Of a stretch of DNA of 64,000 nt, positions 38,568 to 51,994 are shown in pieces. Positions within the stretch are counted from its first letter, which is position 1. Every line of letters begins with the position of its first letter. Below the pieces are notes generated by a model. The model searched no databases. It saw only the letters and a program-made list of their open reading frames with translations, and was not told where the DNA came from. Source of the stretch: Octopus vulgaris (lineage: Eukaryota); the NCBI GenBank assembly GCA_951406725.2, contig OX597823.1, positions 45,446,001 through 45,510,000 of the forward strand, read 5' to 3'. Position numbers and translations under genes: made by a program.

Positions 38568-38825
38568 AATGATGATGATGAAGACGACGACAATGACAAC
38601 GAGGACGACGATGATGACTGATGATGGTAAAAACAATGACTATGACATTCATGACAATGATGTTGATGATGACGGCGACAACAATGATGATGACAATGAT
38701 GACGACGATGATGTTGACAATGATGATGATGAGGACAACAATGATGACGCTGACAACAACAATGACTATGAAGACAATAATGATGACAATGACAATGATG
38801 ATGATGATGCTGATGATGTTGATAT
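38534..38825. repeat. (GAT/GAC/AAC)n compound trinucleotide repeat
   Basis: Expanded tail of a SINE-C end at ~38500; source of the poly-D/M/H ORFs. Confidence 0.9.
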
Positions 38826-39044
38826 GCAGGAACTAGTCCTATTGTAGGTGAAAACAGCCATGTGGTTAAGAAGTTCATTTTACAATGACATGATTCCAAG
38901 TTCGATCTCACCATGCAGTAACTTGGTCAAGTGTTTTCTACTGCAGTATCGGGTTGGCCAGTGTCTTGTGAGTGATATTTGGTTGGCAGGAACCAAATAT
39001 AAATGTAAACATGCAGAAACATACATAAAGACAGACTCACATGC

Positions 39045-39175
<131 letters not shown>

Positions 39176-39799
39176 AAAATAGATATAGATATAGGCACAG
39201 GTATACCAAAGTGGTAAGAAGTTTGATTCCCAACCACATGGTTCCATGTTCAGTCCCACTGTGTGTCACCTTAGGCAAGTGCCTTCTATTATAGCCTCGG
39301 GCTGACCAAAGCTTTATGGGTGGATTTGGTTGACAGAAACTGAAAGAAGCCCATTGTATTTATATATAGATAGACAAATAGATAAATAGATAGATTGATT
39401 GACAGATAGATTATATTGGTAGATGGAATAGATATACATACATACATACATACATACATACATACAGACAGACCGATAGACAGGCAGACAGACAGACCGA
39501 TAGGCAGGTAGGCAGACAGACAAACAGTCAAGTGCTTCAAGTGAATTATTTTCTTTATACACTTGTCATCCTCCGCAAACATAAAATGCTCATAAGATCA
39601 CAATCATTCTCTCTTGTATACAACTGTTACCTTTTATATTCTTTCCTCTCAGTTCATTTGTAGTCTATTGTTTATACACACTGATATTATACACCCAGTG
39701 AAGTATTCTCACTTCCTTCTTTCCTAATCTCATATCCTTTGTATTGCTAGTCCATGTCTTCCTACCTGTAGTATTGCATTTTGCACCCAAACATCATAC

Positions 39800-40151
39800 A
39801 TCGCAGGATGATATATCAAGACTCAAGAGAGATTTAAAGGAGAATGTTGCGATCGAGAAGGGGAATCTCAGTGATGTTTTGTGTGCACAGTTTGTGACAG
39901 ACCATGCCCTTCTTTTGCTTGGCTCAAATCTCATTTGCAGACCCATGAAATACGAACCTCCACCAACTATTCTGCCTATATATCTGTGCACACCTTTCAA
40001 TTCTGTGTATGCTATAAGGTCTGCAAATCTAACGGAGGCCTCAAAAGACATTTTAAGATCCACAAATATCAGAACTTAACTGCAGCTCTTGGTGGTCCAA
40101 ATCAGATATGCAATCTATGTGGGTGTTTTTTCAATACATTGTCTGGGTTCA

Positions 40152-40152
<1 letters not shown>
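39800..40152 (+). mobile_element. LINE (RTE-like) 3' remnant with C2H2-type fingers
   Basis: CTVCDRPCPSFAWLKSHLQTH, CYKVCKSNGGLKRHFKIH, CNLCG...; truncated by (TA)n; no convincing splice context. Confidence 0.45.
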
Positions 40153-40193
<41 letters not shown>

Positions 40194-40516
40194 CATATAA
40201 AATAACTCTTTGACTTTGCTCCACATCGTTTAAAGTTTTGTGGTCTTAAGATACACCCACCTGATCAGATATTCAGAGACATCTGATGAGGTGAGCTTGT
40301 ATTGTGTTTATATGGAGCTGAGGAAAGCTGTTATTAAATGAAAGAAACTTTTATCAAATGAAGAATTCTCCACCCAATTATTTAATCCCTACATTCATTA
40401 CAAGCAAGTATTGCTACCAAAGCTTGTGGACATGGAAGGGTAAGACCATTGATCTCAGAATTTGATGAAATAATTATGATTTATCTTATTATTTAAATTA
40501 AACAACTTATTCATTA

Positions 40517-40783
<267 letters not shown>

Positions 40784-42065
40784 TCATGCTTAAACTAACA
40801 CATAGTAACACATAGTCACTAATAAAAACATTTTAAATAACAGTATAAAGTTAATGATTATTCAGTTATTCTTGAAATAGAGATATTATAATCAGCATTA
40901 AAAAGAATTAAAGAATGCACACATTTCCTATTAATATTGGTTTCAAATTTTGACATAAGGTTAGCAGTTTCCAATGTGGTGGTATAAGTTAATTATATCA
41001 ACCCAAGTACCCAACTGGTATTTATTTCATCGACCCCAAAAAGATAAAAGGCAAAGTCAACCTCAGTAGAATTTAAACTCAGAATGTAAAGATGGACAGA
41101 ATGCCACAAAATATTTTGCCCAGCATGTTAACAATTCTGCCAGCTCGCCACCTTACATATCCTGTTAATATTGATAATTTGAGCTAGAATTGAGCAAAGA
41201 ATATACTTGTACACATATTCTAAAATGAGATGTGGTTACAAATACAGAAGAAATGTAAAGGAAGATAAAATGTGAGTGACATACAATAAGTTTCCTCTCA
41301 CTGATTAAAGTGAGTGAATTAAGGTCCCATATTTTAAATGAAGTATAACAGCTCCAGTTTGAAGAATACAAAAGCTTAATACCTTTATTCAATGATGATA
41401 GCAAACTCTTTTCTAAATAAGTCACAGGTTAAGTTGCTAACCAGTTAAATATCCATTAATCTTTTTATAACATTTTTTTAATTCTTGTTTCAGTCACTTA
41501 CTGAAATACTTAAGATCCAACCAATACGGTTCCAGGTTCAGTCACACTGCATAGCACCGTGGGCAAGTGTCTTCTACATTAGCTTTGAGCTGACCAAAGC
41601 CTTGTGAGTGGATGTAGTAGATGGAAACTGAAAGAAGCACTTTGTATATCTGTGTGTGCATTTGTCCCCTACCACTGCTTGGTGCGTTTATGTCCTCATA
41701 ACTGAGTGGCTCAGCAAAAGAAACCAATAGAACAAGTACCAAGCTTAAAAAAGTTACTATAGGGTTGATTCAATTGGCTAAAATTCTTCAGGATGGTGTC
41801 CCAGTATGGCCACATTCTAATGATTGAAACAAGTAAAAGATAAAAAGAAAAAGGATAGTGTTTCACAGTAAAATCTTGCTGAAGTAATCAACAGAAATAC
41901 CAGTAATATACAAGGTTTGTATCAATTAATCATAATCTTAACCTTTTTATGAAGCAGCTCATTTTCTATCCAAAACAGAGCTTTTCCCACTGTTCCCATA
42001 CTATGATACGTGTTTTGAACTTATTGAAGATCCTGTGAATGTTTCCTGTTTTTAAATATATGTAT

Positions 42066-42525
42066 AGTAGAAGTGGCTGTGTGATAAAAAGCTAGCTTCC
42101 AAACCACATGGTTCCAGGCTCAGTCATACTGCATGGCACCTTGGGTAAGTGTCTTCTACTATAGCCTCAGGTTGACCAAAGCCTTGTGAATGAATTTGGT
42201 AGATGAAAACTGAAAGAAGCCCATCGTATATGCGTATGTGTGTGTGTGTTTGTGTGTATATGTGTGTGTTTGTGTGTGTGTGCACGTTTATGTGAGTGTG
42301 CCTTTGTGTCTGTGTTTGTCCCCACTACCATCACTTGACAATTGGTGTTGGTGTGTGTATGTCCCCTTAGCTTAATGGTTTAGCAAAAGAAACTGATAGA
42401 ATAAGTACTAGGCTTACAAAGAATAAAGGCTGAGGTCAATTTCTTTGCCTAAAATACCTTTCACATTGTGCTCCAGCATGGCTGCAGTCAACTGACTGAA
42501 ACAAGTAAAAGAATAAAAGAATAAA
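42066..42525 (+). mobile_element. SINE family A ending ~12 nt from the exon 4 donor
   Basis: Tail gaataaaagaataaa followed by gtccttccttac|CTG. Confidence 0.87.
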
Positions 42526-42537
42526 GTCCTTCCTTAC

Positions 42538-42710
42538 CTGTCTGTCAGTGGAGTAATGACCAGACGGTCCGTGCAACCAAGGAACTCATTCATGTATTTA
42601 AAGTTCACATCAGTGATTGAGATCAAGCATTGGTCAGTGTCTTCTTTGAAGTAAAATCGGGACTGTTTTAACCATTCAAAATCATTAACTGACCGGATAT
42701 GCATTCGAAC
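42538..42710 (-). CDS. DNAH5: Dynein heavy chain exon 4
   Basis: ttttag|GTT...AG|gtaagg; 173 nt, phase 0/2; [21 protein letters not shown]...[19 protein letters not shown](R). Not in the ORF track. Confidence 0.96.
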
Positions 42711-43843
42711 CTAAAATTTGAAATAAATATCATGTACATATACATTTATAAACATATGGAAACACACATCTACATGTAAAAATGCACACATTTATAAACC
42801 ATAAAATCAGGAGGTATGAGAGGGGAAAATGTTTATTTAACCACTTGTCATCCTTAAGATTACAGCCAATTCGCAGCCTTCAACATGTAATGATAATTTC
42901 AGATGGAAAAAATTATTATTATTTCACATATCTGAACTAATATGCATGCTATGCAATGTACATTGTTCATTTACAAATCAATGCAGATAAAGAAGGCTAG
43001 CTCATCAGATCATCAGAGCATTATGGTTACACTAAGTAGACAAACAAAATTTACTCTTTGTATATACAATGTACAGAAGACCAATACTAGATAAAATTAG
43101 CTTGGTATGATCATTAAAAAATAAATATAAATAATATATTTCATTTCATATCAATTTAGATGTTGTATCTAATTTCAGGGAGTTGACAAACCTTAATGTT
43201 AACAAAAAAACAGGAAGGAATAGGAGAAGAACCATGTAGTCTGCTAGCCAGGTCTACTAGAGGAGCATTCTATGATAACCACATGATTCCATAAATCCAT
43301 ATATTACACAATTATATGTATTTATACATATGTGGAATTTGACATCTGATGTGAAACAGAAAATTGGGGCTTCTAATAACATTTATGATGTGTACTCTAG
43401 TTTTTAGAGTAAGTACGCCATATTCCTGTCTATAATTGTAGGTGTTTAGAAGGAACAGCATCAAGAATGAATGACATCTGTAATAGATTGCCTCAAATAA
43501 TTTATCCAGCCCATACCAGCAAGGTGGAATATTTGTGAAAACCATGATAACTAAATCTTAGCAAATAATTTATAATTTGCGAAATTGTTCATATTTAATG
43601 TATGTTTCAAACTGTAAAGTTTATTAATCCAAGATCACTAACAAGAAGGGCACATTGAATAATATTGTCCAAGTTCCAGATGTTTGAGAAAAGAAACGAG
43701 GTAATCATATCTAAAAACGTCAGTTGCTCAAAAGCTTAAAGGCATTCGGAGCTGATTTGGGGACAATAAACATCACACCTCACATTTTTGATCTTATGCC
43801 ATTCTCTCTCTCCAACTTCCTCAAACATAATTTGGCAACATAC

Positions 43844-44068
43844 CAAATCTTCAAAGATATCTTTCTGGTGGACATGAATGGTGATAAGGGTTTCAAACTT
43901 GGTCCTTTCAATTTTAGTCAGCTCTTTTGTTGTGATATCAATCAGTTCGTTGAGAATTTCGGTAAACTTCACGTTTGTGTTGGCCATGATCTTCTTATCA
44001 GAACGTGCTTTAGTCAGGGCCAATTCAGAGTTTTGTGTCCAGATCATCTGCAGACCAAGAAGACCAAC
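43844..44068 (-). CDS. DNAH5: Dynein heavy chain exon 3
   Basis: tttcag|GTT...TTG|gtatgt; 225 nt; [11 protein letters not shown]...[22 protein letters not shown]. Confidence 0.96.
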
Positions 44069-45279
44069 CTGAAAAAAAAATGTATATTCATGTGTGAGTG
44101 TGTACATATGTACACACACACACACACACACACACAAACAAACACACATGTATTTGTATATATATATATACATATACACACACAAAGTGTTTTAAGTAAT
44201 AATACATATTACTCTAACAAAATGTGTTGAGTGCCGTTTCTTTTGTTTGTCCATTCAATCAAATGTGTGTGTGTATATGTGTGTATGTGTATATCTATGT
44301 ATTTATATATATATATATATATATAAATACAAAATGGGACAAGAATGCAAAACATCCAGACAGTTAGGTGATACAAGAAAAGGACAACAAAACATCCAGA
44401 TAGACGATACAAAGAAAAGAAGGACAGGTCAGTCAGAATTTTCTTTCCTCAGTCGAGTTCCATATTATTTTTTTGTAATTTCGGCTATATATATATATAT
44501 ATATATAACTATATATTCATATAGTTATATATATACATATATATATGTATGTATGTATATATATATATATATGTACATATGTATACACATATATACATAT
44601 ATGTATATAGAAATGTATACATACATACATACACACACACACATGCACACACACATATATATATATACCCACACACTAGTGTAGCAAATACATTCAGTTG
44701 ATGTTTTGCAGTCAGAGGTATCCATCAATGATGTGCCTAGTGGCTTCAGGATAGAAGAAGGGAGGGAGAGGGGAAGCAAAGAAAGAAAGATTGTGATGTA
44801 ATTCTTGAATTAACAGCAGCGCTTAAGATATACAGAAGGAACAAAGAATAAATCACAGACTGTTTGCCATGGTGGTCAGCATAAGTGTAATCGTATATTT
44901 ATATATTTTTTTTCCTCTCTGTTACAAGGCACAAGAACTTTCACACACATGTGCTCATATTACGGGAACATCTGCCGCCCATATTCAATTACAAGGCTTC
45001 GGTCAGCCTGACACTATAGCAGAAAGTACTTGATCAGGAATTGAACCCCAAACTACGTGGTTGAGAAGCAAGCTTCCTAATCACACAGCCCTGCCTTACA
45101 CACACACATGCACACATACATGTATATAAGTGTTTGTGTGCCTTTATGTATGTGTTAGTGCCTGCATGTACGTTTACATGTGATTGTACACATGTCAGTG
45201 TTGTCAAAACCACCTCAGACAAACTTATGCACCATTCTGAAAGGCTCAGAAAGAGAGACTCTGATCTCAGCCTCTAATT

Positions 45280-45830
45280 AAGGTGCTCCCCTACCAGTTA
45301 ATCTGCATTTCCACCCTCCTGTATACAAAACATAAACCACATATTGTCAGCACATAAAGGGCCTAGCTGCCTATGTCATCAATTTCTTCCCACACATGAT
45401 GAGATTATATACAGAAATTCCTGATGAAACATACACACCAGCAGCATTGAAACTATATTACATAAGCATCAACTGAGATGGCCTCAGTATGAAGTGTCCA
45501 CAGGCTGACTCATGTATCCCCATCATAGTTCAACAGCAAGCTGGACAAGACAACTAAACAATCAGTTCAAAGATTAACTGAAGACCACTTTGAAGAAGAG
45601 CCACATCAACTCTTAAAATGTGGCAATGTAACATTGGCTGTGTGCATTTTGGCTGTCTCACTGTTAGAAAGGCCTTGAAAATATTGAGGAGAGACCTGTG
45701 ACTGTTAAGAGAAGCAAGAAGAAATGGTATACATGTAGGGTTACACTTCCTTCAATGAAATGTCTACATGTCCCCACATATGTAAATTAAGTTGTAAGTC
45801 AAACATTGACAAGTTCATCAACAGAGTATC
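45280..45830 (+). mobile_element. Highly decayed RTE-like LINE 3' fragment
   Basis: ...IPDET...SIETILHKHQLRW... remnants with many frameshifts. Confidence 0.5.
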
Positions 45831-46056
45831 CTTAAATGGAAGATAAGGAAGTCATTATTCAATTAAAAGGACAACCATACACAAGAATTTGTGCATTTGT
45901 GTATAAATGTGTGTGTGTGTGTGTGTATGTATATATGTGTGTATGTATATATGTGTGTGTGTATATACACAAACACACACATATATATACATATATGTTG
46001 TCAAGTGGTGGTGGTGGGGACAAACATACACACAAACATATATACATATATATATA

Positions 46057-46159
46057 CTTTATTTAAAAGCAGCAGAAATATAGCAAAAGCTGTTACTCAG
46101 AGTTTCATGTTCCTATTCATCAGACAGTTTAGTTATATTTCTGCTGCTTTTAAATAAAG
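46057..46159 (-). ncRNA. Hammerhead ribozyme-like motif (type I, minimal helix III, long helix I)
   Basis: Minus strand: ...aaactgt CTGATGA ataggaacat GAAA ctctgag TA acagcttttg...; flanks form a perfect 26-bp inverted repeat, extending imperfectly to ~36 bp; helix II has one mismatch. Confidence 0.72.
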
Positions 46160-46789
46160 CATATTACTCTACCTCTGGTATTTGAGTACTCTTTTTTCTA
46201 CCTTGTTTCACATTTATGTGCTTACTCCAGTACACACACGCACATACACACACATATATATATATGTATGTGATGGACTTCTTTCAGTTTCCGTCTACCA
46301 AATCTGCTCATAAAGCTTTGGTTGTGGCCTGAGGCTACAGTTGAAGATACTTGCCCAAGGTGCCACTGAACCCGGAACCATGTGGTTGGGAAGCAAGCTT
46401 CTTACCACACACATATATATATGAAATTTACTCCTGTCCAAACAATGCAGGCATAGGAAATGAATTTTAAACAAATGAACGAATAATGTGCATGTGCATG
46501 TGTGCATGTGGTGAGCATTCACATTCATGCAATGCATGTTAGTACATAAACATGAAAGCAACCAGATAGTGGGGTAAAACTAACAGTCATATAGAAAAAT
46601 AGGAAGCAAATAAAAAACAACAAAAAACAAAGAAATGCATAAAAAATAGAATTCTTTAACTAAAATGTAACAACTTAATCAATTCCATTTTTATAAGTGT
46701 TAAAATTCCTATTAAAACTTATTTCAAACCCTTTTCATTCTCTAACTTCAATGAATCATGAACAAAGAAATATTAAAGAAATTTCTTAC

Positions 46790-46927
46790 CTGAGCAGGGA
46801 ACATATTTTCAAATTCAAGGAGCTTAAATGTTGGGTCAGTAATCGCCATAGCAGCTGTTCTGATGACGCCATGTAGTGACCTTCGAGATATTCTTAGTAG
46901 ATCACCCAACCAAACTTCAACATTGCC
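46790..46927 (-). CDS. DNAH5: Dynein heavy chain exon 2
   Basis: ttgaag|GGC...CAG|gtaaga; 138 nt; GNVEVWLGDLLRISRRSLHGVIRTAAMAITDPTFKLLEFENMFPAQ (conserved GNVExWL and FPAQ). Confidence 0.95.
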
Positions 46928-47434
46928 CTTCAATAAAATGGGAAACCCAAATTCTTAAAAAGGTATCAGCAAAAAGTATGAAAGAGATTTTATAAAACTT
47001 AGCTAGCAGCTATATTGCAGAAGAGTCATTTTAGCTATTTAATATTGGTTTAAAACAAAGGTGTCAAGGTGGCAGAATTGTTAGCATTGTTGGCAAAATA
47101 CTTAGCAGCATTTCATCTGTCTTTATGTTTTGAGTTCAAATTCCTCAGAGGTCACCTTTGCCTTTCATCCTTTTGAGGATGATGAAATATATACCAGTTG
47201 ACCACTGGAGGGTCAATGTAATTGATTTACCCCTTCTCTGAAATTGCTAGCCTTGTGCCAAAATTTGAAACCAGTATTACAAAACTGCAAAATCTAAAAT
47301 TTATTAAAATTAAATTATACATGAAGAAAAGAAAGACAAAAACATTAAAAGTATAAAAGATCGAATTACAGAGAAAAAATTCTCAGAACTACCTCACCAA
47401 GGAAACAAAGTAAAAGAAAGAAAAACCGGGTGAA

Positions 47435-47652
47435 TTAACCATTTAGCATTCAGATTACTCTATTAAAGGCAATGCTTATTATTTATTCACATTGCTTTGA
47501 ACTTACCATGCATTATCCTAGAGTTATATGATGTCGATGATGTAATTGTTTGTTTTTAGAATGACTGTATAGGGTTAGTGTGAAAGTCCAGATCTGGCCA
47601 ATTTGAACACAAAACAGGCTAGATATGGCCAGTTTAAATGCTAAAGGGTTAA
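47435..47652. mobile_element. TTAA-flanked MITE (piggyBac-like ends)
   Basis: TTAA-CCATTTAGCATT ... AATGCTAAAGGG-TTAA (one TIR mismatch); 210 bp between the TTAAs. Confidence 0.75.
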
Positions 47653-48767
47653 ACAGCAAAAGATGGAAAGCGGGAGTAACCAGCTGTACACCCCAGACTA
47701 AATAGTGTGTTTAGCCATGTTTCATGGACACAATTGCAAAGGCTCAGCTGCATAGTCGTCATTGAGACCTCAGGAGTTCTCTGACTCCACTCTACTGATT
47801 TCCTCTGCAAAATTGGGATAACCACAGTCAGTCTGAGAAATGAGCCCCACTAGATGGCAGCAAGTGACACAAGCTGTTCATGAGGTTGGGAGAGAGCTGT
47901 TGCAGTGAGTGCTGCAAGCTGTTACACTTTCAATTTTAAATTTATTTCCTGAGGTGTCAAAATTTCTACCACACAACTACAATCTTGTCCACTGTCACAA
48001 ACTAAATGATGTTTTTCTGATCACAGTACTTTACAAAATATGCTTTTTTTATGCTACCGACAATAAAATGGGATTGTGCGTTGTATATCATTCCCTTTTC
48101 CCTTCCTTTATATTTCTTTACTAATAGTCATTTGTGTAGGGACTCCATTAAAGGGCTTATTTCAATTCTTAATAGACAATGTGCTTCTCAGAAAACTGAC
48201 TAAAAATTACAACAGTATGTAATAAGATCCATAAGAAACTTTCATCAAAATATCTTAATTCCCAAAACTGAAAACCGTAATGGAATATTTCAAATGCCTT
48301 CTCATGATATAAGTGAAATAAAGCATCTTAATATCTTCTCTCTATTTAAGGTGGCAAGCTGGTAGAATCATTACTGTACCAGAGAACATGTTTAACCACA
48401 TTTCATCTATCTCTATGTTCTGAGTTCAAATTCCACCAGGGTCAATTTTGCCTTTCATCTTTTGGGGTCAATAAATTAAGTAGCACTTAAACACTGAGGT
48501 TGATGTAATCATTTTACCCCCTCCCTCAAAGTGGCTGGCCATGTGCGTAAATTCGAAACCAACATCTCCCTGTTAGAGAGTAACTTATAAGGACATCTGT
48601 AAATATCTGGTAATTAATATTTAAATAATTACTTTTATTTTCGTGTTTTAAATTGTTCTATACCAAACTGTGCGTACTTAAAATGTTTTCTGTGACTTAA
48701 AACATCCTGGTACCAAAGGAGCTCAGGCAGTTTCTAAGGGTCCAAGACAGTATCCGAGTTTCACAAC

Positions 48768-49410
48768 TATAGAGTGAATGTATGCTTTTCTTTGCTGTCA
48801 CATCTCTCGAATGAACCTTTTTTGAACCGAATAGTGACTGGTGATGAGAAATAGGTTTTCTATAAAAATTTCAAACACCGAAGACAGTAAGTAGGGAAAG
48901 GTAAAACACTGGCACCCCAGGCTAAAGAAGGTCTTCACCTATGTAAGCTGTTGTTATCTATTTGGTGGGATATGAAAGGTTTAGTCCACTTTGAACTTTT
49001 AAATCTAACCCAAACCATAACAAAGGAAATCTACTGTGAACAGTTTGAGCAGTTCAAGTCAGCGCTAGAAGGAAAACAACCATCTTTGGTTTCAAGACGA
49101 AAAGTGTTCTTCCATCAGGATAATGCTCAGCCATATACAACGAAGATGACATTCCAAATACTGGAGCAGTTTGAATGGGAAACGATGCCTCACCCACCAT
49201 ACTCGCTGAACATTGCCCCATCCGATTATCATTTATTCCACAGTCTTCAAAATCATTTGGACAGAAAAAATGTGAATTCTGTAGATGAGGTCAGAAGAGT
49301 ACTGGAGGAGTATTTTACATAATGTACAAGTGAATTTTGGAACAGGAGCTTTGTAAGACTACGAAAAAGATGGAAGAGCATTGTAGAAAATGAAGGAGAG
49401 TTATTTTGAA
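48768..49410 (+). mobile_element. Mariner (DD34D) transposase remnant
   Basis: RIVTGDEK*...LLSIWWDMKG...FHQDNA...HPPYSLNIAPSDYHLF; 34 residues between the second and third Asp; several stops. Confidence 0.92.
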
Positions 49411-49483
49411 AAATAAAAGAAGTATAAAAAAACTACATTATCTATGAGATGACCCAATATATATTTATGTATGTATGCATATG

Positions 49484-49521
<38 letters not shown>

Positions 49522-49534
49522 TGTATGTATGTAT

Positions 49535-49978
49535 GTATGCAGATGATTGTGAGCTAGTAGCACACACAGAGATTGATATACAACACATTTTGAATGCATT
49601 CTCTGATGCTTGCACTGCCTTAGGATTGACAGTCAATCTCAAGAAAACTGTTGTCATGCATCAACCTGCCCTGGTAAGCAGTATAGTGTACCAAATATCT
49701 ATGTGTATGGTAAACGGCTGGATGTAGTTGATCAGTTTGTCTACCTGGGAAGCACTATTAATAAATATGGTAATATGGATCTATGGCATTAAGTGGAAGG
49801 ACCGCATCAGTGATCTTGAAATATTGGAAGGCTCTCGGTGTGAAAACATAGAAGCTCTTGTGTTAAAGCAAAGGCTCAGATGGAGTGGTCATCTGGTCAG
49901 AATGAAGGATTCAAGAATGCCCAAACAACTCTTTTATGGAGAGTTAGCTAAAGGAGAACGACTTCCACATAAACCAAA
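49535..49978 (+). mobile_element. RTE-clade LINE RT fragment with internal deletion
   Basis: YADDCELVAHTE...GLTVNLKKTVVM...VDQFVYLGS...IKWKDRISDLEIL...RLRWSGHLVRMKDSRMPKQLFYGEL. Confidence 0.88.
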
Positions 49979-49995
49979 ATATATATATATATATG

Positions 49996-50390
49996 CTAGC
50001 AGTATCGCCCGGCGTTGCTCGGGTTTGTAAGGGAAATAACTATATAAGCAGTTTTAGAGATGTAAAGTATAATAGCCATCTCAATATGGCTAACCACAAA
50101 GGCGGGTGTTACTGTAGCTTTTTACGTTCTGAGATTTAATAATACATTTTTAGAGAGTTACTTCCCTTATATATGCCAAAAATGCATTAAAAATGGGAAA
50201 AATTGATGGTAAATTTTTTTTTAAATCGTAGACTCATCGTAGACACGCGCCAATGCCCAGAAGGGCTCAATATGAATCACGACTATAAGATACCCGGTTT
50301 TGGTTAAACTGCACCGCAAAATGTGGGAGTAGTTAGGAATCTAAATCGTAGGAGACAGACAGCACACAACCTCATTTTTATATATAAAGA
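49996..50390 (-). mobile_element. Non-autonomous Helitron (~395 bp)
   Basis: Minus strand starts A|TCTTTATATATAAAA and ends with hairpin CCCGAGC-AAC-GCCGGG, CGATACTG, CTAG; sits in (TA)n; 3' flank is C rather than the canonical T. Confidence 0.8.
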
Positions 50391-51642
50391 TATATATATA
50401 TGTATATATATATGTATATATATAAAGGTTTATAGTGAACCATGGGTTTCTCACAGATATTTTTGATTTTTGTTACTCTAAGTAAATGAAAGCTAAATCT
50501 TGATTTGAACCAAATACCAATTTTGCATGAATTTAACTTTCCTCAGCTAGATTTTCCAAAGAAACTTGATTTATGTTTTTTTTTTTTCAGAAACAAATAT
50601 AGGAAGCTAATCGTATTTAAGTTAGTGTTAATTTAGTTAATACAGAGAACTTCAGAAAAAAAAAAACTAACCAGAAATAACTCTGTAATAAGGAAAAAGA
50701 GAGAATTACTAAATGATCAATATAATTTGGATTATTTTAGTAGGCTTGGATGTGTGGTTAAGAAGCTTGTATTGCAACTATGGGCTTTCGGCTTCAATAT
50801 CACTAGACAGCACTTTGGGCAAGTGTCTTCTAATATGGCTTCAAACTAACCAATGCTTTGTGGATGAAGTTGGTAAAATGAAACCGTAGAAGACCATCAT
50901 ATCAAGATGCATATGTGTGTGCACGTATGAATGTGTGTGTGTGTGCATGTGTGTGAGTGTGTGTGTGCATGTGTATGTGATACTCTTGGAAATTGTAGAG
51001 TAACTGGCTTTAATGCATACATCTTTTTACCATCTCACTCTGATGGTAACAAACTAAGCCATAAAATCTCAACATTTGTGCACATATGTAAACATATATG
51101 ATGGGCTTCCATTAACCAATTCCTCTTACAAGCCATTGATTGGCTCAGGGTTATAATACAAAACCAGAACAATACCAGAACAATACCACCATAGTCACCT
51201 CTATGCTAATCACTGCAAACACACAAAAACAGGCTGGTCAACAAGCATAATGTAGCAATCCCAAATAACCAGCTTACACTGTATGCTTTCAAATACTTCC
51301 TGAAATTATAATTTGATCCCAAACCAGAATGAAGAATTGTATATAATCAGTGTGAGATCCACGCAAGTGTTTTAAATCAACTGTCTCTATGTTGTTTATT
51401 CGGTTTAGCTATTAAGAAATAACAAATGAGACAATTTAATCTGATTATCTTCCTAAGCACATAACTTGTATTGGCAGTGATATAGAAATTTATGAGTCAT
51501 CATTTGGAATGTGAGGAATTGTGTTTGATATTTATTGATATATCTGTTTTGTCTCCAAGGATAAGAAGAGAATGTAGGCAGTAATATTATTGGTTAAATA
51601 TTTTACAGACAGACAGACCAGATGTCAGATAAATTTCTTTAC

Positions 51643-51771
51643 CTGAGCATGGACGGTTTCCTCAAGAGCAATGCACTCTCCTTCTTGTGAATGAATAGAC
51701 AGGATCCTATCATAGTACTTCTCATCAAATTGCACAGATTTGGTGTTATCAAAGACACTCAAGAGGTGAGC
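51643..51771 (-). CDS. DNAH5: Axonemal dynein heavy chain (DNAH5/8-like), exon 1 of 11 in window (linker region)
   Basis: ttccag|GCT...CAG|gtaaag; 129 nt, phase 0/0; [43 protein letters not shown]. Not in the ORF track. DNAH5 vs DNAH8 orthology not resolved. Confidence 0.93.
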
Positions 51772-51940
51772 CTGGAATGAAGAAATCAGCATATGTAGAA
51801 GTAACAGACAAATGTTTACTGATCTATTTACTAATGTGTTACAAATTACAAAAGAAAGGGATATAGGAAAAAAATGAAATTATAGTGTGATTCATGAAAC
51901 ACAAGAATCATCATCATTACCATCATCATCATCGTCGTTG

Positions 51941-51994
<54 letters not shown>

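Noticed and set aside
38456-38914. Poly-Asp / poly-His / poly-Met ORFs
   Set aside because: Expanded (GAT)n tail of a SINE-C end; open in several frames because of low complexity.
39881-40213. Host C2H2 zinc-finger gene nested in the intron
   Set aside because: No TGEKP linkers, irregular spacing, truncated by (TA)n; better explained as a LINE 3' remnant.
40292-40345. CTGATGA...GAAA hammerhead candidate
   Set aside because: Helix II does not close at the core and there is no helix I or III pairing.
45418-45462. CTGATGA...GAAA hammerhead candidate
   Set aside because: Lies in RTE coding remnant (IPDET); no helix II.
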